A stretch of DNA of 64,000 nucleotides, from NCBI GenBank assembly GCA_965153285.1, contig OZ229116.1; one strand, given 5' to 3'. Of the stretch, positions 1 through 12,864 are shown in pieces. A program made the translations under genes and the position numbers. The notes beneath the pieces are model-generated. The model made no database searches. It saw only the letters and a program-made list of their open reading frames with translations, and was not told the DNA's origin. Origin of the DNA: Podarcis tiliguerta (taxonomy: Eukaryota). Each line of letters begins with the position of its first letter. The stretch's first letter is position 1.

Positions 1-142
1 ATCCTTTCCTGGCAACCTGCCGTGGGGGTTGGTTCCTCTACCGCCTAACAGATGGGTGAGGTATAAATAAGAAAATAATAATAATTTAATAGGACGTCCC
101 ATTTTCATCAGAGAAATAAATGCTGGAGGGTATGTGCATCTA

Positions 143-496
143 GGGACGCGGGTGGTGCTGTGGGTTAAACCACAGAGCCTAGGGCTTGCCGATCAGAAGG
201 TTGGCGGTTCGAATCCCCGCAATGGGGTGAGCTCCCGTTGCTCGGTCCCTGCTCCTGCCAACCTAGCAGTTTGAAAGCACGTCAAAAGTGCAAGTAGATA
301 AATAGATACCGCTCCAGCGGGAAGGTAAACGGCTTTCCGTGCGCTGCTCTGGTTCGGCAGAAGTGGCTTAGTCATGCTGGCCACATGACCCGGAAGCTGT
401 ACGCCGGCTCCCTCGGCCAATAAAGCGAGATGAGCACCGCAACCCCAGAGTCAGCCACAACTGGACCTAATGGTCAGGGGTCCCTTTACCCTTTAC
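143..496 (+). mobile_element. Sauria SINE (Squam1), full length
   Basis: GGGACGCGGGTGG tRNA-like head and (ACCTTT)n tail; TSD GTGCATCTA(G) at 134-143 and 497-506. Confidence 0.92.
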
Positions 497-558
497 GTGC
501 ATCTAGTCCACAGAATGAAAGCTTGAAAACAAGTGGGCACAGGATTTATTGCAATGGC

Positions 559-600
<42 letters not shown>
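559..600. repeat. (AAT)n microsatellite
   Basis: Direct reading; similar tracts at 19991-20033, 30077-30123, 39895-39923 and 43780-43821. Confidence 0.95.
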
Positions 601-602
<2 letters not shown>

Positions 603-1758
603 GCCCTATACCTATAGGTCTCAGGGCAGTTCACAAGAAGCCCAGGAGAGAGAGACTGATGGGGCTTTAAAGCATTCAGGAAGTATAGAAAGTGTCTCTC
701 CCACATCACCACATATTATTCTAAAACTGACGATTATGCCGGGGGTTTTTGTGTTTTTTAAAGCACCGTGATATCACAACCAGAACTATTCTCACAAATG
801 CCATCCCATTTATTTCAAGTACATAGTTGGGGTTATCTTGGTACAACATACAGATCATTTTTGCTGGGAGCAAGAGCAGCTCCTGCTTGTAGTGAACAGA
901 TTCCCTGAGGTATTTCGCGGGCGGTGAGCCAGTTCTGTTTGAATTCCAAGAAAACCGGCTGTAGTGAGAGTATGTGTGTGCGCGCACGCAGGCACGCTTT
1001 AGTTTTAAAATTCTTAGCTGTCATGGCTGCAAGGTTACAAAGACGAACAATTAAATCAAAATTTAAAAGGAAACAGAAACAAATGCAAAACCATTTGTTC
1101 TTGCGACAAGCAAGTTTGCTCCCTCACCCCTTCTCCTCCTCTCTGGCTCAAAAAGTTCCCCATATTTAAAGAGAACAAGTAGTTTGACAGAAGAATATTG
1201 TGGAGAAGGTGCCGATCTATTTCCACAGGCCTGTCATTCTCTAGGGTCAGGAAGAATTTTGGGCTTTGTGGAAGCGCTTCAGGTTATACAATCCGGGTTG
1301 ACAAAAGAAAACTGGCACAGTGTGAATGTTAAGCCCCAAAGTGGGTCATGTGAATCAGCTCAGAGGGGTAACTATACTTGTAAGTGTAGTTTTCATATTC
1401 TTTTGAGAAGTAAGGGTAGTCCTCTTTCAATGCAATGTCACCTCCGAGACTGCGAGTGGAAAAGAAATACTGGCATGGGGGTGAGGGAGGAGGGTCATTG
1501 CTGTTTCCCTCAAGCAATTTCAAAGCCGAAATTTTGCTATTATTACCCTGGGCTGGTGGGGGGGAAATGGAGACCTTGATTTATTTATTTTATTTTGCAC
1601 CAGGGGTAGTGAGAGAGAAACAAAAGCTGGAAAGATGGGAGGCAAGCAAGGCTCAGCGCTGCTTTTACAAATGTGCATTATTTTATGTATCTATAGTTCT
1701 ACCAACGTCCTACATCACTGGCCATTGGCCAAACATGCAGGCAAGCTGCAAGATCTAT

Positions 1759-1759
<1 letters not shown>

Positions 1760-1797
<38 letters not shown>
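1760..1797. repeat. (TCAA)n microsatellite
   Basis: Direct reading. Confidence 0.95.
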
Positions 1798-2228
1798 CTA
1801 GGCCTGGGTGCAGCTATGGCCAAGCCAAACACTGTTGCCGAATGTTGTTGCCATTCCACAACAACGCCTGACCTGGCGGTAAGCTTCATTACACAACAGA
1901 TGAAACATGTGTGAATGATTCCCCCCCCCCCAAAAAAAATCCTTCTTTATGCGTCCACTGTCCCCTTATTTTTATTCAATGCCCTCCCGCAATTGCACCC
2001 ATAGCTACCACACACACCCCCCCGGATCACTCCAGGACCCCCAAGGGGCAGTATCACCCACTTTGAGAAACAGTGATCTACTCCAGCTCCCTGCAATGCA
2101 GCTGTCCCTTGCGGAGATCAAACCTGAAACCCCTGGGGTTATCAGCACCACGCTCTAAGCAACTGAGCCGTCCAGGATAGCAGAATTTTGGTCAGAACTT
2201 AAATTAGTTGTGATCTACAAGCAGAGGA

Positions 2229-2579
2229 GGGACACGGGTGGAGCTGTGGGTTAAACCACAGAGCCTAGGGCTCAGAAGGTCGGTGGTTCAAATCCCCGCG
2301 ACAGGGTGAGCTCCCATTGCTCGGTCCCTGCTCCTGCCAACCTAGCAGTTCAAAAGCATATCAAAAAGTACAAGTAGATAAATAGGTACAGCTCCGGCGG
2401 GAAGGTAAACGGCGTTTTCGTGTGCTGCTCTGGTTCGCCAGAAGCGGCTTAGGCATGCTGGCCACATGACCCGGAAGCTGTACGCCGGTTCCCTCAGCCA
2501 ATAAAGCGAGATGAGCGCCACAACCCCAGAGTCGGCCACGACTGGACCTAATGGTCAGGGGTTCCTTTACCTTTACCTT
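2229..2579 (+). mobile_element. Sauria SINE (Squam1)
   Basis: Same consensus; 13-bp TSD TACAAGCAGAGGA at 2216-2228 and 2580-2592. Confidence 0.92.
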
Positions 2580-3337
2580 TACAAGCAGAGGAAAGAGGGC
2601 TTGATGAAACAGTAACCGTTTTCTCATCAGAGAAAGGACAACCGCACAAAATCCTGAAATTTATTAATCTGACAATTAATAAATTCAGTATTCCCCCCCC
2701 CCCAGCCTGTTGAAACTTGCCTTCTGCAGCAAAGAAAAGGCCAGACACACGACTGCGACGTCACGTGGACCTCTGCAGAGGGCTTTTGTGTGTGAGAGAG
2801 TGTGTTATAAAAGCCTTTCCATTAAAAATAAAATTGTCCAGGAGCTCAAGAGAACCGAAAGTAGGTTAGGTCTACACATTCCAGAGAAGTCATTCTCACA
2901 GGAAAAAAACATGGCTTAATCATCAGGACCATTCATTATTTAGCGAGAGCTGTGAGCCTTCCTAGCGGGGCAGGGGAGGTGGGATTGAAATCTATGAGGT
3001 TATGAAAATGGGCAGAAGCCACTTGACTTAATCCTTCCATCTAGTAATCAAAACACATTACACGTCCATTCACAAACAACCAGGGGGGGTGGGGAGAGAG
3101 AACAACCCAACTGTAAAACAAGGCAGAAACAAAAACAGAAATCATAAAAGAGCTGAGAAGCTGCCCTTACGTTTGAAATGACAAGAAATAACACTGGGGA
3201 ATGAAATGCTATATTTTTCCAATACAAAAACAACAAGATAAAACATAAAATATAAATATAAAACAATATAAAAATAACAAATAAGTATAAAAAAACAACA
3301 GTCACAAATATGCCCGAGAGCACCTCATGCGTTAAAC

Positions 3338-3474
3338 GAGGTTTCCTCAACCTCGGCCCTCCAGATGGTTTTGGCCTACAACTCCCATGATACTTAGCTA
3401 GCAGGACCAGTGGTCAGGGATGATGGGAATTGTAGTCCCAAAAACATGTGGAGGGCAGAGGTTGAGGAAGCCTG
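3338..3474. mobile_element. Palindromic hAT MITE (same family)
   Basis: GGTTTCCTCAACCTC / GAGGTTGAGGAAGCCTG; TSD CGTTAAAC / CTTTAAAC. Confidence 0.75.
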
Positions 3475-3521
3475 CTTTAAACAGTAGCTTCCAGGAACCT
3501 CACTAGGGACTAGTGTTCTGA

Positions 3522-3884
3522 AAAGATAAAGGTAAAGGTAAAGGGACCCCTGACCATTAGGTCCAGTCGTGACCGACTCTGGGGTTACGGTGCTCATCTC
3601 GCTTTATTGGCCGAGGGAGCCAGCGTACAGCTTCTGGGTCATGTGGCCAGCAGGACTAAGCTGCTTCTGGCGAACCAGAGAAGCACGGAAACGCCATTTA
3701 CCTTCCCGCCGGAACGGTACGTATTTATCTACTTGTACTTTTTGATATGCTTTTGAACTGCTAGGTTGGCAGGAGCAGGGACCGAGCAACGGGAGCTCAC
3801 CCCGTCGCAGGGATTCAAACCGCCGACCTTCTGATCGGCAAGTCCTAGGCTCTGTGGTTTAATCCACAGCGCCACCCACGTCCC
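3522..3884 (-). mobile_element. Sauria SINE (Squam1)
   Basis: Reverse complement of the consensus, with the (AAAGGT)n tail on the left. Confidence 0.9.
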
Positions 3885-4389
3885 ACCAAACGATATTCCA
3901 ATGCTAAACGATGTAAGCCTTTCCCCATGTAGTTATTTGGACTGGAGGGCCAACCACTTGATATCTTGGGTAATTGGGCCAAGATACACTCTTGTATCTA
4001 AGGGCAAGAGTCCTTGCATGCAGGTTCTTTCGCAGCCCTTTCTAGGAGTCGCAAACACACACACAACCTTAATCTCACGTGAGCGAGAACAGGGCAAACC
4101 TTGGCTGCTTTCTGCCCTTGTTGTGGAAGTGTATTTAGAATAGTGCATGAACTGGGTTCTAGATTACACCAAGAGCCTATGTGTGCACCTCACTTCAGCT
4201 TTTACAGTACGAGGGGGAGAATATCCAAAAATTACAGTTGACTGCAAAATCATGGTGCATAGATGCATAGGACAGTCAAGATCCCAGCCTCTGCCCCTCA
4301 CATGACAAAGCTTTTTAGGCCATTAGACGCAACAGGGAACATGCATCCGTGAATCTGCTCTAAGGAAGATTTATTTTGAAGGTATAAGC

Positions 4390-4525
4390 CAGGGGTTCCC
4401 AAACTTGGGTCTCCAGCTGTTGTTGGACTACAACTCCCATGATCCCTAGCTAGCAGAACCAGTGGTCTGGGATGATGGGAGATGCAGTCCAAAAACAGCT
4501 GGAGACCCAAGTTTGGGAAACCCTG
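4390..4525. mobile_element. Palindromic hAT MITE (GGACTACAACTCCCA family)
   Basis: Near-perfect hairpin; TSD GTATAAGC / GTATAGGC. Confidence 0.85.
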
Positions 4526-6504
4526 GTATAGGCAGAAACAGTCAATGTCTTCCCTTAGGTTATGTACATCCAAGTCGAAACAGATAGCCTCCAAAACATC
4601 CTAGTTTGACTTAGGAAGCTAGCAAAATAATTCTCAAAACAGCATGTATCTCCTGTCACAGCAGGCCTACCAGCCTCCAAGACCCAATTCATTCAACAAG
4701 GCCATTAGAGCATTTCATGGGAAAGTGTAAGGCCATTGCTTGTGCCAAAAAGCCGCAGCATTCTGGGAGGCAAATCCACTACCTTAAAGAATTCACTCTA
4801 TGTGCCTGCTCCAGACATATACATAACCTCTTTATTTTTATAAAGCTACACAATGTGGGAAGCTTCTGCACTGGGCTGGTCTAGGACCTTTACCTTTAGA
4901 AGCGAACCTTGTTGCAGCTGAATGTTTTATGTGTGTGTGCGCACACACACACTATGGGCCAATATTTCCAGGCTGCAAATACAAACCACCAAGTATCTAC
5001 CCTCCAAAATGCAGGTACGCACTGAGCCTGCCGCACACTCACGTACGCACACACTGTTTGATGTCAACTCACCCAAAGGGATGCAAGCGAAAGCTCGAAG
5101 TGACAGGCTACACACCAAACATCAAACAAACAGAGGAAAGTGTAGGAGGAATCACGCCGGCTTTTATTTTTAGCCCTTGTAGCCAAGACCAAATAAAGGC
5201 AAAAGACACTGGAAATGCCCCGGAAATGCCACAGATTTGCACGTTTCCTTTGGCAACTGCTACATTTGCTTTACGATTCAGCTTTACAACCAACTTGTCC
5301 AAGTGAGGAAAGCCTAAGAGATTTAGGACCAGATGCAGATATTAGCGTTTCCAAGTCTCTCCATCATGGTGGGGTGATCAGGAGACGCTAAGACCCCACC
5401 AAGCCAACGATTTGCTGGAGGATACCCATTGAGTCTTCCAGCCAAATATACCTACGCTAGCTTTCATCAATGCACTCGGTATCTGATCCCTTGATCTGAA
5501 AAAAAGGAAGCAGCTTAGAGGAGCAGCAGAGTGGAAAGAATAGAAAGAACACGATCGTTATTTTCTAGAAGGAACAACGTGAGCAACCGCGAATTGCGAG
5601 GATGCAGGTGCAAGGATGAAGGTTAAAGGCACATTTCTGGTAATCCCTACCACCCAGAGGAATTCTCCATTTTCACGCTGCCATCTGCTACCGCTAACGC
5701 AATTGATTATCTGTCGCTCCCCACTGAGTCGAGTTCGGTCAAGTTAAGTTCTCCTTCCTAGCACGGATGATGTCTCTGGCCAAATGACTAAGACCAACCT
5801 GAACACATTCCAGTGCCTTCGAGAGAAAGCACTTGGAAGACAATTATTTATCCATGTCGGGGTGAAGCATCTTAAAGAGGACCACACAAAGATTATGGTT
5901 GCCATGGGACTGTGTGGCTGGGAATGATGGAGATGAACACTAAGACACACCACTGTCTTAGCGGTGAAACGTTTGTGTACGTGTCAAAGATTATTGTGGG
6001 CCTTTACGTCCTTAACAGGGTGGGGTGGGGACACCAAAGAACAGGTTCCAAATTGGGAGGCATTTTTAAAAGTCAGACGTTAAAACAAGCGACACTAGAG
6101 ATATATTCCAAGTGACAGACACGGAGAGACATGAAAATTTCATAAGGCAAGAACAGAGGGAGATGTTGCAATTACGCTACCTTGAGTGTAGCCTGTGACA
6201 GGCGGCAAGACATTTAGGAGCTATAAATATTGGCCCGATTAAAATCCAACTGCCGCCACCCCGCTCCTTTGCAGCCCCAGTAAAAAGTAGGCTGGAAGAT
6301 GGAACACTTAAGATAAAAAAGAAACCTGTATGATAAATCCATCTGCTCCATAAAGCCTGCTACACTTGGGGCAGGCGTTTGTCTGCGCATATCAGGTTTG
6401 GCCCTGTAGACTGCTGGTTATTTAGACCAAAATCTTCTCTGGTGTATGGACCGTTAATAATGTGCCCACAAGTAGTCAGGGGTACGTCAGGGGTGGGATC
6501 CAAA

Positions 6505-6850
6505 GCACAGAACGATGCAATGTGGTTGCTGACAGGAGTGAGGCCCTGTCAGCACATATCACCTCTTCTTAGAAATCAGCACTCCTTGCCCATTTGTTAG
6601 CGGGCCAAGTTCAAGGTGTTACTATTGGTATGGAAACCTTAATAGCTTGGAGTCGGTCACGACTGGACCTAATGGTCAGGGGTCCCTTTACCTTTTTAAA
6701 ATGTTTTAGTTTAGGCAAGCCTATCCAGACGCATAAATGTTGGTGCATTTTAATCTTTTTTTAAAAGAAATGTGAATTTTAATTATGTTTAAATGTTTTT
6801 AGTGATCATTTTATAGCAATCAAGCAGTCTGTACATTTTGATAAATAATA
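6505..6850 (+). mobile_element. Degenerate L2 3' fragment
   Basis: QNDAMWLLTGVRPCQHISPLLRNQHSLP resembles the L2 motif QNxAARLLTG..HITPxLxxLHWLP. Confidence 0.6.
6649..6696 (+). mobile_element. Sauria SINE 3' fragment nested in an L2 remnant
   Basis: GAGTCGGTCACGACTGGACCTAATGGTCAGGGGTCCCTTTACCTTT matches the SINE 3' end. Confidence 0.8.
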
Positions 6851-6933
6851 GATTGGCTATACTACTCCGAGTATAATAGACTAGCCAATACTCAGAGAAT
6901 TAATAGACTAGCTATACAGTACTACTCTGAGGA

Positions 6934-7186
6934 CAGTGGTACCTCGGTTTTCGGAAGACTCCATTGCCGAACGGTTCGGTTTTCGAACACTGAAAACCCG
7001 GAAGTAAATGCTTTTGTTTTTTGAACGCGCCTCAGAAATCAAACAGCTTCCGCTGTGTGTATCTCTTGTTTTTCACAATTTTCTCTACTGAATTGGCAGA
7101 CCGCCCTTTGTGCCTCAGTTTTCGAACATTCCGGAAGTGGAACAGTCTTCCGGAACGGATTACATTTGAAAACCAAGGTACCACTG
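6934..7186. mobile_element. Tc1/mariner (Tigger-like) MITE
   Basis: TIRs CAGTGGTACCTCGGTTTTC / GAAAACCAAGGTACCACTG followed by TA. Confidence 0.82.
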
Positions 7187-8636
7187 TATAAGTTAGTTGG
7201 TCCCCCAAAACACTGGGCTTGAATATGTGTCCTCTGATCCATGAACACCTGATCTGCCACAAGCAATCCTTTTCAATCTAGACAAACATTGTAGGTCCCT
7301 CCACATTTCGTTTTTTGCTAACAGAACCATGTGATGCTCTTATTCCAGCATGGTTGGCAAAGAAGAAGTAAAATAATAATGTACCAACTGGATTTCTGTC
7401 ATTCCTTTGAAATCTCAAAAGATGAGTCCCAGTCTCAAAAACCAAGGGGCTGAGGGCTCGTGATGTTCTCTCTTAGATCACTGATAAGGGAGATCTCAAT
7501 TTTTATCAAGGATGTGGCATGAGCCCTGCGGATCTCCAGATGACAATATGTAGTCAAAGAGACTGTGTGACCAAAACAAAACCTGAAGATTCCCATGCAT
7601 GCTTTGAAACCCGGGGTCAGGGGCATGCTGGGAATGGACCATAATCCCTGGACTCCCAGCTTGCTTTTCGTTTTTTCAAGGCCATTTGTAGAACCTGAGC
7701 TAGGACACAAAAATGTCTCCTATTTTTGCTTTTTTGAGAGGAATAGTTCCCACTTTTAGCAGTCTCTACTCCCCTCACCCCCCCAAAGGGAAAAAAAATA
7801 ATCCAATGGACCTCCACCCAGTAGCATGAAGCACCTTTGACCAAGATTCCTGGCAGTGTTCAAAAATTAAAAGCCAAACCAGTTATCCCTACAGCCAATG
7901 GCAACAGGTCCAGGAATTAAGACACTCCGCAAGAAACAAAACTTAAAATGTACTGACCCTAGGGAGAAAAAGTGCTGGTATTCCGAACACTGTTGCAACG
8001 CATGATCGGTGCAAACTTTCAAGTTTAACTTCAAGGAAGGAAACTCATTCTCTCTTGAAAAAAACCAGCCAATGAAAAGCTACTGGGCATTATTTCATAT
8101 TCTGCATTTCAGTTCAGAGTTAGTTTTACACACACAAAAAGTTTGTTGAGACATGTTTGAAATGCTTTGAAACAATATATTTCATTTTTTTAAAAAACAG
8201 CTAGTACACCCCCTTCTAAACCTTGGAACCACAAGAAGAAGAATTTCAATTTGAATGGATTAGACAGAGCATCTGCTTCCTTCACAGATGGCTCTCAGAT
8301 CGAAAGGCAAGGTAACCTTATGTGGAGTCAGAAGACTGGTCACTCTGGCGCGCCATAATTTTAGGGCTGGAAGCTATGACTTCAGAAAATGGGGTGAGGA
8401 GAGGGGGGGAAAGAAGGAAGCGGTAAGCTCTTCAACTAATTATGTGACAAAGACAGATTGAGAATGCCAAACAGCTTGGAAATTCTCATTGCCTCAACAC
8501 TTGAGAAATTTGCAATAGGATTTCAACTGAATGGGCAGTTGGATTTGCTGGAATGTAAATGGAGGCAGAGAGGTGATACCGGAAGAAGGTAGGGGAGGCC
8601 ACACAAACACACACACTGCTTTTGCTTTCTGCTTAC

Positions 8637-8792
8637 CTGTCAGCTTTCAACAGCAAATTAGATGGCAGCTCTGTAAGCAGGTTGTGTTGCACGTCCAAGA
8701 CCTCGACATGCGTCCGTTCGATCCTCTCTGGTAGCCTGGCTAATTGATTGTGACCTGCGAGCAACTTCCGCAAGCTGATATTGCAAAATAAC
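8637..8792 (-). CDS. PHLPP1: PHLPP1 exon 10 (156 nt, phase 2 to 2), LRR
   Basis: ccccag|G TTA TTT; LFCNISLRKLLAGHNQLARLPERIERTHVEVLDVQHNLLTELPSNLLLKAD; CAG|gtaagc. Confidence 0.96.
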
Positions 8793-11700
8793 CTGGGGGG
8801 TGGGGGTGGTGGAGAAAGGAACAAACAGTAAATGAAACAATACCAAGACTTGTGGTACAGTCCTCTCAGGGCCTCTTCATGGACCAGAAGCCTAGGCACA
8901 GCATCCACGGTGTGTCATAACACTCGAACAAGAAATGGTTAGTTTAAACTATGGTTTCCTGAAACACAATGGCCTGGTTCAGATGTAACATTAAACCGTG
9001 GTTTGGCATTACAGAAAGCAGCCTCAGGCCTACACAATTCCCCCTCCTCTCCCTTCCTTGCAACAACACCAGAAGTGAGAGAAAGCATTTGCTTTGTCAT
9101 TGTGTCTGAACTAAGCCAAATTGTGGCTAGTTTAAACTATTGTTTCTTGAAATGACCCAAAACCTTATTTATTGATCTGAGTTTGTTCTGAAACTTAAAA
9201 ACACTTTAGGCACACCCCTCAAAATATAATACTGTAGTCAAGAGAGCTAGTACTCTGAGGAAATCATAGTTTGTGGCTGTGTGATTTGCGAAACACTTCT
9301 CATACACAACCTCTGAGCAGCGCCACTTGTTTGAAAGTGCTGTTTGGTCAAAGTCTCTTTCCTCGTGGGGGGAAAAAACACCCAAGGAGAATCAGTTCCT
9401 AAAATATTGCTCATCCAATATTTCCCCTCAACCAAAAATGACTCAACGTCTTCTCATATTCTTCCTCTCCTCATCCAAATTCTTCTCCTCCCCTCCTTTC
9501 CTTCCCCCTTTTTAATACTAGACTAACATAAAGCTTCCTTCCAGTTCTACAGGGAATGAAATTTATCTAATCCGCTTTACTGTCTTGAGCTTTTTACATG
9601 CTAGGGGCGGCCAACCGTTCTGTTTCCACATAGAGAAGGGGGAGGGAGATAAAGAGAGAGATGCTTTATAAGACACATTAATGGGCAATGTGGCTTCTGA
9701 AAAGCCAATTGAACTAAACAAATTTAGAGCTGGAAATCGAAACCACACCATGAATCTGCATTTTTTAAAGTTCTCAAGCTCCGATTTTGAATCAGGTGGT
9801 CTTTTGAGGGGTGGGGAGGGATCTATCTTGCTGAAGATGGGAGATTATTCTCGTCTGCCACCTGCCTTGTTCTTCTCCCTGTGGCTGCATCTGTACGTTT
9901 TAATCAGAAGGCGCCCGTGCCCCACGGTTGACCCTTCTTTCAATCAAAGATTCGCAAATTACTCAGCACTGCAGATGCCTCCTCCACCCGTTTACGTATT
10001 AGAAAAGGCACACACACACCCCAAGCCCTCCTCCCCAACAAAACCCATGCCTTTTCGCACTTCTCCCTTACAAATCGAATCCACCCATTGTCATCACCAG
10101 GCCACAAACTACAGGTCACCGGGGCCATCGTGCCAAAGCAATCAATAAAAGACATTGTTTTCCCTTGGTGGATGCTGTCAGATAATCTGCGCAAGTGCCA
10201 TCGTTCGCAGTTATCTCAGGATGACGACTGAGCTGCATCGCACAGCTGTGGACGTAAGTCAATAACCTCCACTTCACTTGTTAAAGACAGCACACGAGTG
10301 GGTGTGGTTGCTAAGTTTGTTGCTCCCTCTCACTTTCTCTTGGTAGCGTGCCCAATCTAGCGCTGAAACAAACGTTTGTGCGCTTTCCCTTTTAATGAAC
10401 TGTTGGGAATTTGCTGGAGCTTAACTTGAAGGAGGGGGTTCTCTCTCTTGCCTGCAGAGTTGTCAACAGCATAAACTTTAGTCATTTTGGGGGGTGGGGT
10501 GGCAGGCATCAAAACTATAGGAGCCTGTTGTTAAGCTGTAGAGAAGACTGCTTTATGAATCAGCTCTTTATGGAGCAAGGGCACAAGGCTGCTGCTATGC
10601 TCACGCCTGCAATTCAAGACCTTCATCAATAAAGTATATAAAAATCAAGAAGCCTTGTTTAACGCTCGCAGGAGGCATTAAAAAAAGATGACTATGACTG
10701 CACCCCAAAGCGTGTGTGTGTGCGTGCGTGTGTGTGTGTGTGTGTTTATAACTTCGTTCTTACACCTTTGTGCTTTGTAGATTTGTGCAGAGGGGCTACA
10801 GTTCATTGGAAGAACACACGCTTCCCATGAAGAACTTTTCGGGTTCAATCTCTGGCCTTTCTAGCAGATGATGAAGAAGACCTCTTCTGCCTCTCCCTGG
10901 AGCTGCTGCCCGTCGGAGGATACGTGGGCAAGATGGACCAGTGTCCGGCCTTCTGCATAAGACAGCTTCACATGCTGAGATGAAAATAGTATCTGCTATT
11001 CTAGTAAGCAGAAATTATTCAGAACTGCCCAAGCACCCACACACTAATGCTTAGTCAACTCTGCATGTATTCTGCATTTCCCCCCTCTTCTACAATCATT
11101 GTGCGAACCAAGAGCATAGTACTCAACTCACTACTCCAAGTTTATTTTGCTTGGTTAACAAGGACAGCTCTTACCCCTTAGAAAAAGTCTTGGAAGCATG
11201 TGAGCAATACCTGGTGAAAACTTGGAAGCCCAGGGAAGTGGAAGCAGTTAGTGTCCTTTTTTTGACCAACAGAAACATAACAAATTGCATAAACTATGCC
11301 AGCCTTCCCTAAGCTAGTCGTTGGACTCCCAGCTCCAAACATCATCATCATCACCATTATTTTATTAGATTTGTAAACATTCCTGGCCACTGATCATGCT
11401 GATGGGAGCTGGACTTTGACAGCATCTGGAAGTCACCAGTTTGGGGAAGCCGGGTCTAAGCAAATGTATGCAAAGATGCTGGGCCAGCTATAAAATAAAA
11501 ATGGTCCCTGAACTTTAAAACTGATCATTCAAAGTCCTTCCAGTTCAAGCAACTGCTGCCACAGCCATAACAAAAACCACCAAAGAGTGCAAAGTGTTCT
11601 TCCACACTGGAAACCCAACCAAGATAACATTAGCTGCACTCCTTAGTGATTATAAGTGATAATCCAAAACATTTAAACAATACCATACCCCCCCCCACAA

Positions 11701-11906
11701 GGCCTTTAACCTAATGCTTTCCATCTTGCCTTTTTCAGCCTTGAATCCACATTTTCCTCTCTAAAAACCATTTGCGTTTTCTCATCTCTACTTTTTCAAC
11801 ATGTCTACACACGAAGCGCTTTGGTACTAAATCCTCTGTGTGGTGACCAGTTGTCTTTATTGCTCCATCTGCCACTCAATCCTTTTTTAAAAACATTGTT
11901 AGGTGT

Positions 11907-12171
11907 TAGAGCTGGGAGATATCTGGTTTTCAGCTTTGCGGCTAAACATCGTGATTAACTTGATATATCACAATGTCTGAAATAAAGATGGAGCTATGCA
12001 GAGACAATGGCTGGCTTCACTGTTTTCCCCACGGTGTGATTTTTGCATAGCGCGCACACACACACATTTTGATTCACAATCTATTGCCTGCTCAAAAACT
12101 ATGAAACTGATGTCACAATATGGACTTCAAACAGGTTATGGACGATATTACTGCTATATCGCCCAGGCCTA
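11907..12171. mobile_element. hAT-Ac-like MITE
   Basis: TIRs TAGAGCTGGGAGATAT / ATATCGCCCAGGCCTA; perfect TSD TTAGGTGT at 11899-11906 and 12172-12179. Confidence 0.85.
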
Positions 12172-12556
12172 TTAGGTGTGTTTTTGTTTGTTTGTTTGGT
12201 GGAGGTGTGGCAGAGATTCTGTTTACGCCATGTAGCCACAGGGCAGGTTCCTACGAAACTGCCTCATACCAGGTGAGACTATTTGCTCATCTAGTTCAGT
12301 TGTGTTGACACCAAACAGCAGTGGATTTCATGGCTTTCAATCCCTCCTAGCCCTACCAGAAGATTCTGTACATCCTCTACCATTAAACCAAGGTCCCTTA
12401 TTCCATTCACACCCTTGAGATTCGAAAGGCTTTTGACTACTGAGAAGAACTACTTTAACATTTATTTAAGGAGCCAGGCAACACAACGCTGAACAGCCTT
12501 AGAACGTCTATCTGCAAATTAAAGGAGTTGGGTGTTTTGTTTTTGTCCAGATTAAA

Positions 12557-12590
12557 GAGAAGAAGAAGAAGAAGAAGAAGAAGAAGAAGA
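12557..12590. repeat. (GAA)n microsatellite
   Basis: Direct reading. Confidence 0.95.
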
Positions 12591-12768
12591 GAGGCTGTGT
12601 TGCAGCTTACAACACAATGGCACCCTGTGAGGCTGAAAAACATCAAACAGAAGGCAAAAACAAAATACCCATCCATCTGTAACCGAAACAAGCTAAACAC
12701 TGACTCTGCAATTGTTTCTGAATTGTGCGTCCTGTTCCTACTTGTGTAACTATGTCTGCAAGACTCAC

Positions 12769-12864
12769 CGGGCAGGCAGTTCACATATTTGATTGTGGCC
12801 CAGATCCAGAACTTCCAGCTTCCTGCTATCGCAGACCCATTCAGGGAGGCTCTCGAGGTGGTTT
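12769..12864 (-). CDS. PHLPP1: PHLPP1 exon 9 (96 nt, phase 2 to 2), LRR
   Basis: gtgcag|A AAC CAC; NHLESLPEWVCDSRKLEVLDLGHNQICELPA(R); CCG|gtgagt. Translated manually. Confidence 0.95.

Noticed and set aside
193-420. Recurrent ORFs such as MAEGAGVQLPGHVASMTKPLL (also near 2342, 38036, 50166, 52211 and 61221)
   Set aside because: Chance antisense frames within Sauria SINE copies, not a gene family.
655-700. Minus-strand LYFLNA resembling the start of PHLPP1 exon 11 (LRFLNAS)
   Set aside because: Similarity stops after six residues and there is no suitable acceptor; exon 11 probably lies left of the window.
430-771. ORFs with poly-I, poly-L, poly-N, poly-R, poly-K or poly-Q tracts (also 12455, 12528, 19786, 34257, 43690)
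   Set aside because: They are translations of microsatellites and TE tails.
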